From the NCBI GenBank assembly GCA_024404215.1, contig JAKSQI010000001.1:1-33222 (forward strand): 33,222 nt of DNA, read 5' to 3'. Below are positions 24,224-31,440 of the stretch, one piece after another; the first letter of the stretch is position 1; each line of letters starts with the position of its first letter. The position numbers were made by a program, and so were the translations under genes. Under the pieces are notes generated by a model. The model had not been told where the DNA came from, made no database searches, and saw only the letters and a list, made by a program, of their open reading frames with translations. Source of the stretch: Oscillospiraceae bacterium. Lineage in GTDB: Bacteria > Bacillota > Clostridia > Oscillospirales > Oscillospiraceae.

Positions 24224-25186
24224 TTAAAGCTCCTCCGGGGGCAAATAACCGGCGGGATTCCGCAGCGGACAGCTGTCCATAAGCTCAGCCAGGGCGGCAC
24301 GGTAGCCGACAGCATCCGAGGCCTTCATCAGCTTTTTCAGCGGGCGGCGGTTATCGGAAAAGGCCTGGCCCAGGTAGGCCCAATGCTCTTTCATTCGCAT
24401 CAGCACCTGCCGCTCCTGCCCCAGCAGGGAGATGTAAGCCTCCCAGAGACTATCCAAAAAGGGGAGAAGCTCTTCCTTTGTCAATGGGGTGCTGCCCTTC
24501 AGCTCGGCAAAGAGCTTTGGGTTGGCGGCTGCTCCGCGGCCCAGCATTACCATGTCGGTATCCGGGTTGGCGGAGGCAAAGGCAGAAACCGACTCGCGGT
24601 CAAAAAGGTTGCCGTTGTAGCAAAGGGGCAGGCGGCTGTTGGCCTTGGCATAAGCCCACAGTTCGGCATCCGGCAGGCCCTTATACTGCTGCCGACGCAC
24701 CCGGGGGTGAAGAATCAGCAGGGAGGCCGGATATTGGTTGTACAGCTCCAGCAGGGCCGGAAACTCCTCCGGGCTTTCCATGCCCAGTCGGGTTTTCAGG
24801 GAGATGGCAATGGGGGAGCCGGCAAATACACCGTCCAGCAGAGCATTGAGCAGGTCCGGTTGGTTCAGCAGGCCGGCGCCCTTTTTTTTGCTGACCATGG
24901 TGCCGGAGGGGCAGCCCAGATTCAGGTTGACCTCGGTATAACCCATGTCCGCCAGGCTGCGGATGGCCCAAAGCATATCCTCCGGGTTGTGCCCAATAAG
25001 CTGGGGAATAACCCCCTTGTCTGCCTGAGCTTCTACCTCACGCAGCTCCCGGGGGGTGAAAACCCGGTCCTGAGTAGGGGAGAGGAAGGGGGTGTACCAG
25101 GCGTCCGGGGCGTCAAAGTGCCGGGTCAGAACCCGGCGCCATACGTGGCCGGTTACCCCCTGCATGGGGGCGCAGATGTATCGCAT
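24224..25186 (-). CDS. tRNA-dihydrouridine synthase (Dus) family flavoprotein
   Basis: APMQGVTG ... EVNLNLGCPS ... TIM-barrel Dus motifs. Confidence 0.8.
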   Translation of the reverse strand: MRYICAPMQGVTGHVWRRVLTRHFDAPDAWYTPFLSPTQDRVFTPRELREVEAQADKGVIPQLIGHNPEDMLWAIRSLADMGYTEVNLNLGCPSGTMVSKKKGAGLLNQPDLLNALLDGVFAGSPIAISLKTRLGMESPEEFPALLELYNQYPASLLILHPRVRRQQYKGLPDAELWAYAKANSRLPLCYNGNLFDRESVSAFASANPDTDMVMLGRGAAANPKLFAELKGSTPLTKEELLPFLDSLWEAYISLLGQERQVLMRMKEHWAYLGQAFSDNRRPLKKLMKASDAVGYRAALAELMDSCPLRNPAGYLPPEEL

Positions 25187-25193
25187 GAGCTGC

Positions 25194-27188
25194 TTACCGC
25201 CGGCCCAGATCCTGGGCTACATAGTGGGCGGTGTGAGTGGCTTCATAGATGTTTTTAGGCATGACGCAGTCACCCACCTGATAGAACTCGGGAACGGCAA
25301 AACGCAGAGCACTTGCCTCCTCACGAAGGGGGCGCTGGCCCACGGCATAGATGATGGTATCGGCGGGGAAGGTAACCTGTCCGCTTTCCCCGTCGGGCAG
25401 GAAGATGCCGGTTCCAAAACGGAAGCCGGGCTCAGCCTTGGCACCGGTGTATTCGCACAGCAGCCCCTCTTCGGTTACGGCCAGAGCTCGGGTGGCAGGG
25501 CTGACCTTGACCTTCTGCTTCTTCAGCTCACCGGTCAGTGCCAGACCATGCAGTACATTGCCGCCGTCATTGAGCCTGGGCTCCATTTCCACCACGGTGA
25601 CCTCATGGCCTCGTGAGGACAGCCAGACGGACAGCTCCAGGCCCACCAGACCGCCGCCCAGAATCACTACCCGCTTTCCGGCCTTTTCCGGGTGGGTATA
25701 GATTTCCTCGGCGCCGAATACATGGGGGCTGTCAATACCCGGCAGCTTGGGCTTCACCGGACGGGCGCCCAAAGCACAGATAACGGCATCCGGGGCAAGG
25801 TCACGAATCAGGTCGGCGGTGACCTCGGTGTTCAGCCGAACCTCAATGTTGGGCTGACGGCTGATGAGCCGGGTCTGCAGGGCAATGTATTGGCTCAGCT
25901 TTTCTTTAAAGGGCACCTGTTCTTCACAAAGCAGGGCACCGCCCAAACGGTCCGTCTTCTCGCAGAGAATGACCTGATGGCCGTTTTCTCCGGCGGTGAG
26001 GGCGGCCTGCATGCCTGCCATGCCTCCGCCGGCAACCAGCACCCGCTTGCTTACCTGGCGAATGGGGGCCTGATGCATCTCGTACTCGTGGCCGATTTCC
26101 GGGTTAATGGCACAGGGGATTATGGCGGATTGCATGTGGGTGGAGAAGCAGAAGAGACAGCGCATGCACTTGCGAACCTCATCCTCCCGTCCGGTCAGCA
26201 GCTTTTTGGGCAGGTCCGGGTCAGCAATCAGCCCCCTGGCCATTTCCACAACATCGGCCTTGCCGGAGGCAATGATTTCTTCCAGCAGCTCCGGCTCACT
26301 GAGAGCGCCTACCGTTGCAACCGGGGACTGCTTCACATGCTTTTTGATTTCGGCAGCATATTTTACATTGGCACCGTCTGCCAGAAACATGCTGGGGTGG
26401 GTAACGGTAAACACCTCGGCTACCTCGTGGCTGCCGGTGGATACATGAATCAGATCCACATGGCCGTCCAGCTGCTTGGCCTGGGCAATGCCCTCCTCAA
26501 TGTGGTAGCCGCCGGGATGAACCTCATCACCCACCATGCGCATCTCAACCGGAAAGCCCTTGCCGCAGAGCTGATGAATGCGGTCGGCGATGGCAACGGC
26601 CAGACGGGCGCGGTTTTCCATGCTGCCGCCCCATTTGTCCTTGCGGTTGTTACTGGGGTCCAAAAACTGGGTTATCAGCCAGCCGTGACCGCCATGGACG
26701 GTAACCATGCCGAAGCCCAACTGCTTGGCATAGAGGGCGGCTCGGGCGTGCTGTTCAATGACCTCTAGAATCTGTTCCTCTGTCATGGCGTGGATTTCCT
26801 GGCCGAAGGGACTGATGCCGTCAACCGGGCCATAAAGGGGGGCACCCAGGGAAGCAGAATGGTAGGCAGCATTACCGGCGTCAATGAGCTCAATGGAGGC
26901 TACAGCGCCGTGGCGGGAAATGGAGTGGGCAATGTCACTGAGCTTCTGGTTTTCTGCATCGTTCCAGAGATTAATCTGCAGCCCTCTGGCCCGGCCGTTC
27001 TCATTGGGGCAGGCGTCGCCGATGCAGACGCTGGCAGCGCCGCCGATGGCCTTGCGCTCATAATAGCCGCAGCTGTAGCGCTCCGGCTCAATGGCTACAC
27101 CGGTTGGGGAGTTGAAAATGCGGTTACGGAAAAACTGATTGCCCAGTACAATGGGCTCAAACAAATGGGGGTATTTGAATGCAGACAT
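25194..27188 (-). CDS. OYE-type NADH:flavin oxidoreductase fused to an FAD/NAD(P)-binding domain (2-enoate / 2,4-dienoyl-CoA reductase-like)
   Basis: N-terminal OYE barrel (VHGGHGWLITQFL), the Fe-S motif CMRCLFC...PC, then two Rossmann motifs VAGGGMAGM and ILGGGLVGLE. Confidence 0.88.
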   Translation of the reverse strand: MSAFKYPHLFEPIVLGNQFFRNRIFNSPTGVAIEPERYSCGYYERKAIGGAASVCIGDACPNENGRARGLQINLWNDAENQKLSDIAHSISRHGAVASIELIDAGNAAYHSASLGAPLYGPVDGISPFGQEIHAMTEEQILEVIEQHARAALYAKQLGFGMVTVHGGHGWLITQFLDPSNNRKDKWGGSMENRARLAVAIADRIHQLCGKGFPVEMRMVGDEVHPGGYHIEEGIAQAKQLDGHVDLIHVSTGSHEVAEVFTVTHPSMFLADGANVKYAAEIKKHVKQSPVATVGALSEPELLEEIIASGKADVVEMARGLIADPDLPKKLLTGREDEVRKCMRCLFCFSTHMQSAIIPCAINPEIGHEYEMHQAPIRQVSKRVLVAGGGMAGMQAALTAGENGHQVILCEKTDRLGGALLCEEQVPFKEKLSQYIALQTRLISRQPNIEVRLNTEVTADLIRDLAPDAVICALGARPVKPKLPGIDSPHVFGAEEIYTHPEKAGKRVVILGGGLVGLELSVWLSSRGHEVTVVEMEPRLNDGGNVLHGLALTGELKKQKVKVSPATRALAVTEEGLLCEYTGAKAEPGFRFGTGIFLPDGESGQVTFPADTIIYAVGQRPLREEASALRFAVPEFYQVGDCVMPKNIYEATHTAHYVAQDLGRR

Positions 27189-27277
27189 GGAATAGCCTCC
27201 TTATTATCGTTTTATGGGAAACAGAAATACGGATGAGAGCATCGGCTGTTAAAGACCGGGTGGCAGGATGCGACACA

Positions 27278-27347
27278 GGTATTGCAGTGTAGGTATTGCA
27301 GTGTAGGCATTGCAGCGCAGGCATTGCAGCGCAGGCATTGCAGTGTA
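27278..27347. repeat. 5 x 14-bp tandem repeat (GGYATTGCAGYGYA)
   Basis: Two copies of GGTATTGCAGTGTA, two of GGCATTGCAGCGCA, and one of GGCATTGCAGTGTA, followed by a degenerate sixth unit. It is intergenic, 90 bp upstream of the reductase start. Confidence 0.9.
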
Positions 27348-27378
27348 GGTGATATACCGTGTGGCTCGTCCTCCCCAC

Positions 27379-27413
27379 CCTCTCCCTGCCGCCCGCAGGG
27401 CGGCAGGGAGAGG
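27379..27413. other. perfect 16-bp GC-rich hairpin without a U-tail
   Basis: CCTCTCCCTGCCGCCC-GCA-GGGCGGCAGGGAGAGG. It lies just downstream of the queH stop. Confidence 0.6.
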
Positions 27414-27426
27414 AACAGTGGCGGGA

Positions 27427-28044
27427 TTACGGCTGCAGATGCCCCTTGGAGAATTCACAGCCGCAGTAGTCCTGGCGATAGAGATCATACTCCTTGGAGA
27501 GAATGGTGCTGCGCTTGAAGCCTTCCTTTTTCTTAAAATCCGAGGGCAGCCAGGCCACCCCGTATTTCTCGGCCAAACTGCGGCCTATGGCATTGATGCG
27601 GGGAGCGTCCTTATGGGGGCTGACGGTAAGGGTGGCGGCAAAATAGTCATACCCTCCCTCTTTAGCGGCCTTGGCAGCCTCCTCCAGACGGAGGATAAAG
27701 CAGGCGGTGCAGCGGGCGCCGCCCTCCGGCTCCTGCTCCAGTCCGGCAGCAGCTTCAGCAAAGGGAACGTGGTCATAGGGGGCCACCACCAGGGAAACCG
27801 GATTGGGGTATTGGGCCCGCTCCAGCAGCTGCTGCTGGGCCTGCATCCGGCGCTGATACTCTTCGGCGGTGTCCATATTAGGGTTGTAGTAGAAGACGGT
27901 AACCCGGAAATAACGGGCTAAGTATTCCAGCACATAGCTGCTGCAAGGGCCGCAGCAGCTGTGAAGCAGCAGGGTGGGCTTCTCGCCGGCCTTCACGTGG
28001 CCGGCGATAATGTCATCCATCAGCCGCTGGTAGTTTTCTTTCAT
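27427..28044 (-). CDS. queH: epoxyqueuosine reductase QueH (DUF208)
   Basis: LLHSCCGPCSSYV, ARCTACF and DYCGCEFS motifs characteristic of QueH. Confidence 0.88.
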   Translation of the reverse strand: MKENYQRLMDDIIAGHVKAGEKPTLLLHSCCGPCSSYVLEYLARYFRVTVFYYNPNMDTAEEYQRRMQAQQQLLERAQYPNPVSLVVAPYDHVPFAEAAAGLEQEPEGGARCTACFILRLEEAAKAAKEGGYDYFAATLTVSPHKDAPRINAIGRSLAEKYGVAWLPSDFKKKEGFKRSTILSKEYDLYRQDYCGCEFSKGHLQP

Positions 28045-28063
28045 TTCATCACCTGTGTCTATG

Positions 28064-28094
28064 AAAAAAGCCTGCCATGCAGGGCACGGCAGGC
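28064..28094 (-). terminator. intrinsic terminator between the P-loop gene and queH
   Basis: On the minus strand, GCCTGCC-N11-GGCAGGC followed by TTTTTT. It ends 20 nt before the queH ATG. Confidence 0.65.
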
Positions 28095-28109
28095 CTAAAT
28101 CAGCTTATC

Positions 28110-28520
28110 TTAGAACAGAGCCTTAACCTTATCGGAAGCCAAAGCAACATCAGCACTCAAGGTCATGGTGAAGTTTACGCCTTCCTTTTCGGAGAAAGCA
28201 ACGCACCACTCAATGAAGGCCTCAGCCTCGGCGTCGTAAGGACGGTCAACAATCTTGAACAGGTTGTCAATGTAGATGTGGGTGATGTCATAGTTGCCGG
28301 CGTGCATGCCGCAAACAAAGCCGCGCAGGGCATCATAATTTACAAGGCTGTAATCGGAAGCGGCAACCAAACGAACAGAGTGGGGCAGGTCATAGGTCAG
28401 CTGGGGCTTGCGCTCAATGCAAACAATGTTGCCGGGCTCAGCCTCTGCAGCAGCAGTAACCAAATCAACCAACTGCTTTGTTTTACCGGAACCCTTCAGG
28501 CCCATGATAACTTTAACCAT
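28110..28520 (-). CDS. minimal P-loop NTPase-like protein (136 aa)
   Basis: Walker A GLKGSGKT at residues 7-14. A candidate Walker B, ITHIYID. I did not recognise a more specific family. Confidence 0.65.
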   Translation of the reverse strand: MVKVIMGLKGSGKTKQLVDLVTAAAEAEPGNIVCIERKPQLTYDLPHSVRLVAASDYSLVNYDALRGFVCGMHAGNYDITHIYIDNLFKIVDRPYDAEAEAFIEWCVAFSEKEGVNFTMTLSADVALASDKVKALF

Positions 28521-28568
28521 ATAAAAACAACTCCCTTAGAAAAGTTTGCGTAGATTTTGCGTTAGCAT

Positions 28569-28597
28569 ATTTTAACATATGCGGTTATGTATGGCAA
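28569..28597 (-). promoter_or_regulatory. candidate sigma-A promoter for the P-loop gene
   Basis: On the minus strand, TTGCCA, a 17-nt spacer, then TAAAAT preceded by TGt. Confidence 0.5.
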
Positions 28598-28623
28598 GAG
28601 TAATTCAAAAAATCCTCTATCTT

Positions 28624-29253
28624 TCAGCCCTTTGCCAGTGCAGGCGTCAGCACAGCCACCATGGGGGCTGTATCCGCCGTAACCGTCAGCCGGCTGCCTT
28701 CAAAGCTTTTTACGCAGTCAGCGGCATAGAGGGCGGTGAAGCTTTCTACCGGAGCAATAACATCGTAGCCGAAGCGGTCAGAACGGAAATGCATGGCGAT
28801 AATGACTTTAGGCTGCAGGGCATCGCACACAGCCTTGGCCATGACGGCATCTATGGTGAAAAAGCCACCTACGGGAATCATCAGCACATCAGGCTTGGCC
28901 ATGGCTTGAAGTGTGACCTCATCGGGCATGTGACCCAAGTCCCCCAGATGAACGGCCCGAAGGCCGGAGGGCAGGTCAAAAACAGAAATGGTGTTAGAAC
29001 CCCGCTGGCTGCCCCGGGTGTCATCGTGCCAGCAGGACAGAGGGGTATGAGTGAAGGGCATGCCCTTGCCGGATAAGGTAACAGCCTGGGCATAGTTATG
29101 GTCTCCGTGGTCGTGGCTGCAGACCACGGCATCTGCCGTAACCTGAATGTCATCCAGTCCAGGGACATAGGACGGCGCGTAAGGGTCGCAGACCACGCTG
29201 CGGCCGTCTTCCTCTATTCGGAAGCAGGAATGGCCAAGCCAGGTAATGTTCAT
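28624..29253 (-). CDS. MBL-fold metal-dependent hydrolase (UPF0173/YtkL-like)
   Basis: MNITWLGHSCFRIE ... CSHDHGDHN motifs. Confidence 0.85.
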   Translation of the reverse strand: MNITWLGHSCFRIEEDGRSVVCDPYAPSYVPGLDDIQVTADAVVCSHDHGDHNYAQAVTLSGKGMPFTHTPLSCWHDDTRGSQRGSNTISVFDLPSGLRAVHLGDLGHMPDEVTLQAMAKPDVLMIPVGGFFTIDAVMAKAVCDALQPKVIIAMHFRSDRFGYDVIAPVESFTALYAADCVKSFEGSRLTVTADTAPMVAVLTPALAKG

Positions 29254-29265
29254 GAAAAATCCTCC

Positions 29266-30267
29266 TTAATATTCGCGTTGGTTGTTCAGCCAGAGAACCA
29301 GAAGGTCGACACAGCGGCCGTAGCTTTTCAGCCCCTCCGGCTGGGTGTTGGCTTTTAAAAAGGTATCGTACACCTTGTTGCTGACCGTGCTGGTGGTGCC
29401 TTCCATTTCCTTCCAATAACGGGAATGCTCGTTCCAGTCTGCCCGCAGCTCATCGGTAAAGCCGGCGGCAATTTCGGCCCAGGCCTCTTTATCGGCCTTG
29501 TAGAGGGCGCTGCTGAGATACATCAAACCGCCGAGATAGCCGGAGTATTGATAAAGTAAGCTGTCAGACTGAATGGAAGCGGCAATGCCCAAAAAGTTGC
29601 ATTCGGCTTCCAGGTGCACGCCCTTCTGATGGGCAATTTCGTGGGCTATGGTTTCGCCGATGCCGAAGTCGGGCTGGTGGACATTGATGTAGGTTTCCCC
29701 GGTAAGGGGGAAGAAGATGCCGGTAAAGTCCAGCCGACTCATGATTTTTGAGAAATGGACGGCCTTTGGTCGGGTTGTGGGCCCCTCCAAAAAGGGGAAT
29801 TCTGTCTCAATGGGGTCATACAGGCTTTCGTAATCCGCCATCAGCTCATCCCAGCTGCAAAGGGTAAGGCCATTCTCGTCCCTGGGTACCCGGGTAGAGC
29901 GGGCATTGGCACAGTTGGCGAAATAAACCGTGGCAGTGGTCAGGTCCTCCACAGAAATGCCTTCCGCCTCCAGCCCGGATTGATGGGCAAAGCTGCTGCT
30001 GTAGTAGCCTGTGCTCCAGAACCAGCAATAGGCATTGGCAATCCAGGCTACGACAGCGGCCAGCACCAGCAGGAAACGGAGCAGGATAGCCAGACGACTT
30101 CTGCGGCCCCGAATCAGCTTGATAATCAGCAGAAGCAGGAAGCCCAGCAGAAAAACAGTGGCCAGCCCAAGGTAAAGCTCCATAAAGGAAAGGGGAAAGG
30201 CGGAGAAGAAGCTCCCCATATGACGAAGCAGGGGTTGCGAAAAGCTGCGGTTCACCGAGGCCAGCAT
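29266..30267 (-). CDS. DUF3810-like membrane zinc-metalloprotease-like protein
   Basis: HExxH (IAHEIAHQKG) and an N-terminal TM segment. The frame stays open a further 38 codons upstream (to 30381) and encodes another TM helix, with only ATT codons after a GGAAAGGAGG RBS. Confidence 0.75.
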   Translation of the reverse strand: MLASVNRSFSQPLLRHMGSFFSAFPLSFMELYLGLATVFLLGFLLLLIIKLIRGRRSRLAILLRFLLVLAAVVAWIANAYCWFWSTGYYSSSFAHQSGLEAEGISVEDLTTATVYFANCANARSTRVPRDENGLTLCSWDELMADYESLYDPIETEFPFLEGPTTRPKAVHFSKIMSRLDFTGIFFPLTGETYINVHQPDFGIGETIAHEIAHQKGVHLEAECNFLGIAASIQSDSLLYQYSGYLGGLMYLSSALYKADKEAWAEIAAGFTDELRADWNEHSRYWKEMEGTTSTVSNKVYDTFLKANTQPEGLKSYGRCVDLLVLWLNNQREY

Positions 30268-30437
30268 GCTTTCCCGGTTCCTGGGCAGGTAAAAAAGGCC
30301 CAGCAGAGCCAGGGGAATCAGTACAGCCGCCAGATAACCGGACCACCGCGCCCGGGGTGCTTTCGTTGTCTTAATAACAATCGGCCTCCTTTCCTAAGGG
30401 TAAGCCCGCCTGCAAACGCAGACGGGCCTTGTTTGAG

Positions 30438-30665
30438 TTATTTCTTGAACATGTCAACGATGCCGCCCAGCTTATCCAAGCTGATTTTGGCCTTGACGCC
30501 TTCAACAATCTTTTTAATGGCTTCATCGGGCAGGTCAACACCCAGGAAGGATTCAACGGCCTTAACAGGGTCGCTCTTCAGCTTGTCCATAAAGCCCTTG
30601 TCGTCCTTTGCCTTGGCTACCAGCTTTTCTACCTCGGCTTTAATGTCCAGATTTTTCAGATCCAT
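30438..30665 (-). CDS. small charged helical protein (75 aa), unknown function
   Basis: Clean ORF with typical coding composition. Lys/Asp/Glu-rich. A weak terminator hairpin follows. Confidence 0.6.
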   Translation of the reverse strand: MDLKNLDIKAEVEKLVAKAKDDKGFMDKLKSDPVKAVESFLGVDLPDEAIKKIVEGVKAKISLDKLGGIVDMFKK

Positions 30666-30837
30666 GTCAATTCTCCTTCAAAAGAATTCAGCAGGCAGAC
30701 CGACGGCCGTACATGCTCTGTATGATTTCATTATAGACCATAGGCTGAGGTATTTCAATAAAATAGAGAGGAAAAGCTCCTGGGAACTGGCCGAGGAAGC
30801 ATTTGAAAAATTATTTTCAAAAAGATGAAAAAACTGC

Positions 30838-30866
30838 TTGACATTTCGGGGGCGTGGTGATAATAT
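30838..30866 (+). promoter_or_regulatory. sigma-A promoter of tRNA-Leu
   Basis: TTGACA, a 17-nt spacer, then TAATAT with TGa (extended -10). It lies 20 nt before the tRNA 5' end. Confidence 0.75.
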
Positions 30867-30885
30867 AATCAAGCATTCCGAAAGC

Positions 30886-30974
30886 GCGCGAGTGGTGGAA
30901 TTGGCAGACTCGCTAGATTCAGGTTCTAGTGTTCATTTACGGACGTGCGGGTTCAAGTCCCGCCTCGCGCACCA
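30886..30974 (+). tRNA. tRNA-Leu (anticodon CAG), CCA encoded
   Basis: Acceptor GCGCGAG/CTCGCGC. Anticodon arm CTAGA-TTCAGGT-TCTAG. Long variable arm. T-arm GCGGG-TTCAAGT-CCCGC. Discriminator A plus CCA. Confidence 0.93.
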
Positions 30975-31012
30975 AACCCTTGAAAACACAATGTTTTCAA
31001 GGGTTTTTCTTT
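30975..31012 (+). terminator. intrinsic terminator after the tRNA
   Basis: AACCCTTGAAAAC-ACAAT-GTTTTCAAGGGTT followed by TTTCTTT. Confidence 0.85.
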
Positions 31013-31092
31013 CCATTTTTTCCCCTTTTTCGCTAGATTTTAACCCCTTCCTTAACGCTAGATTATTTCATAGATTTTCGGAAAGGAATCTA

Positions 31093-31224
31093 ATGAAAAG
31101 AAGGACATGTATTAACAAAACGGAACATCTCAGAACAACTTTTAATCAAGGGCATTCATCTTTTATCAAATCCTGTCAAATTAGGAACTTATCGAAGCAA
31201 ACTATATCATATTACTTTAAATAA
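31093..31224 (+). pseudogene. tyrosine recombinase/integrase N-terminal fragment (43 aa)
   Basis: MKRRTCINKTEHLRTTFNQGHSSFIKSCQIRNLSKQTISYYFK. The F..F...C..RNLS..TI.YY pattern is that of the integrase SAM-like N-terminal domain. It stops long before any catalytic domain. Confidence 0.5.
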
Positions 31225-31440
31225 TAAAATCTAAAAACTGGAGTGGGGTGAAAAAAGAGTAGTGGGTGAATATTGACCGTATGGGCAGAGAATGCACTGT
31301 GAGCGAGGATGAGGGCAAGCGTATGACTATCTCTTATGTGTAAGTATTCTTTGGTCTGGTCGTCATTTTCAGTTGAATTCATTAGTTTCGTAGGTGTTTT
31401 GATATATCAAATAATACGAAAACATAGGGAGGGTTTCAAA

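Noticed and set aside
23596-24315. 239-aa minus-strand ORF and two roughly 80-aa ORFs overlapping the His-rich gene
   Set aside because: They are products of the CAY/GAY repeat reading open in other frames. Only the plus-strand frame from 23710 has an RBS, a promoter and a terminator.
25692-26768. 358-aa plus-strand ORF (similar cases at 24383..25258, 8759..9586 and 29755..30828)
   Set aside because: All are antisense shadows of strongly supported minus-strand genes (reductase, Dus, MATE, DUF3810). They are Gly/Ala/Arg-rich and lack start signals.
27278-27347. Tandem repeat as a CRISPR array
   Set aside because: The units are 14 bp and directly abutting with no spacers. No cas genes are nearby.
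30838-31224. 128-aa ORF spanning the tRNA-Leu gene
   Set aside because: It reads straight through the tRNA and its terminator. Only its last 43 codons (31093-31224), preceded by an RBS, resemble a real integrase N-terminal fragment.
31336-31440. Upstream extension of the lipoprotein ORF (start at 31336)
   Set aside because: There is no RBS at 31336. The ATG at 31441 follows GGGAGGG and gives a normal signal peptide with a lipobox.
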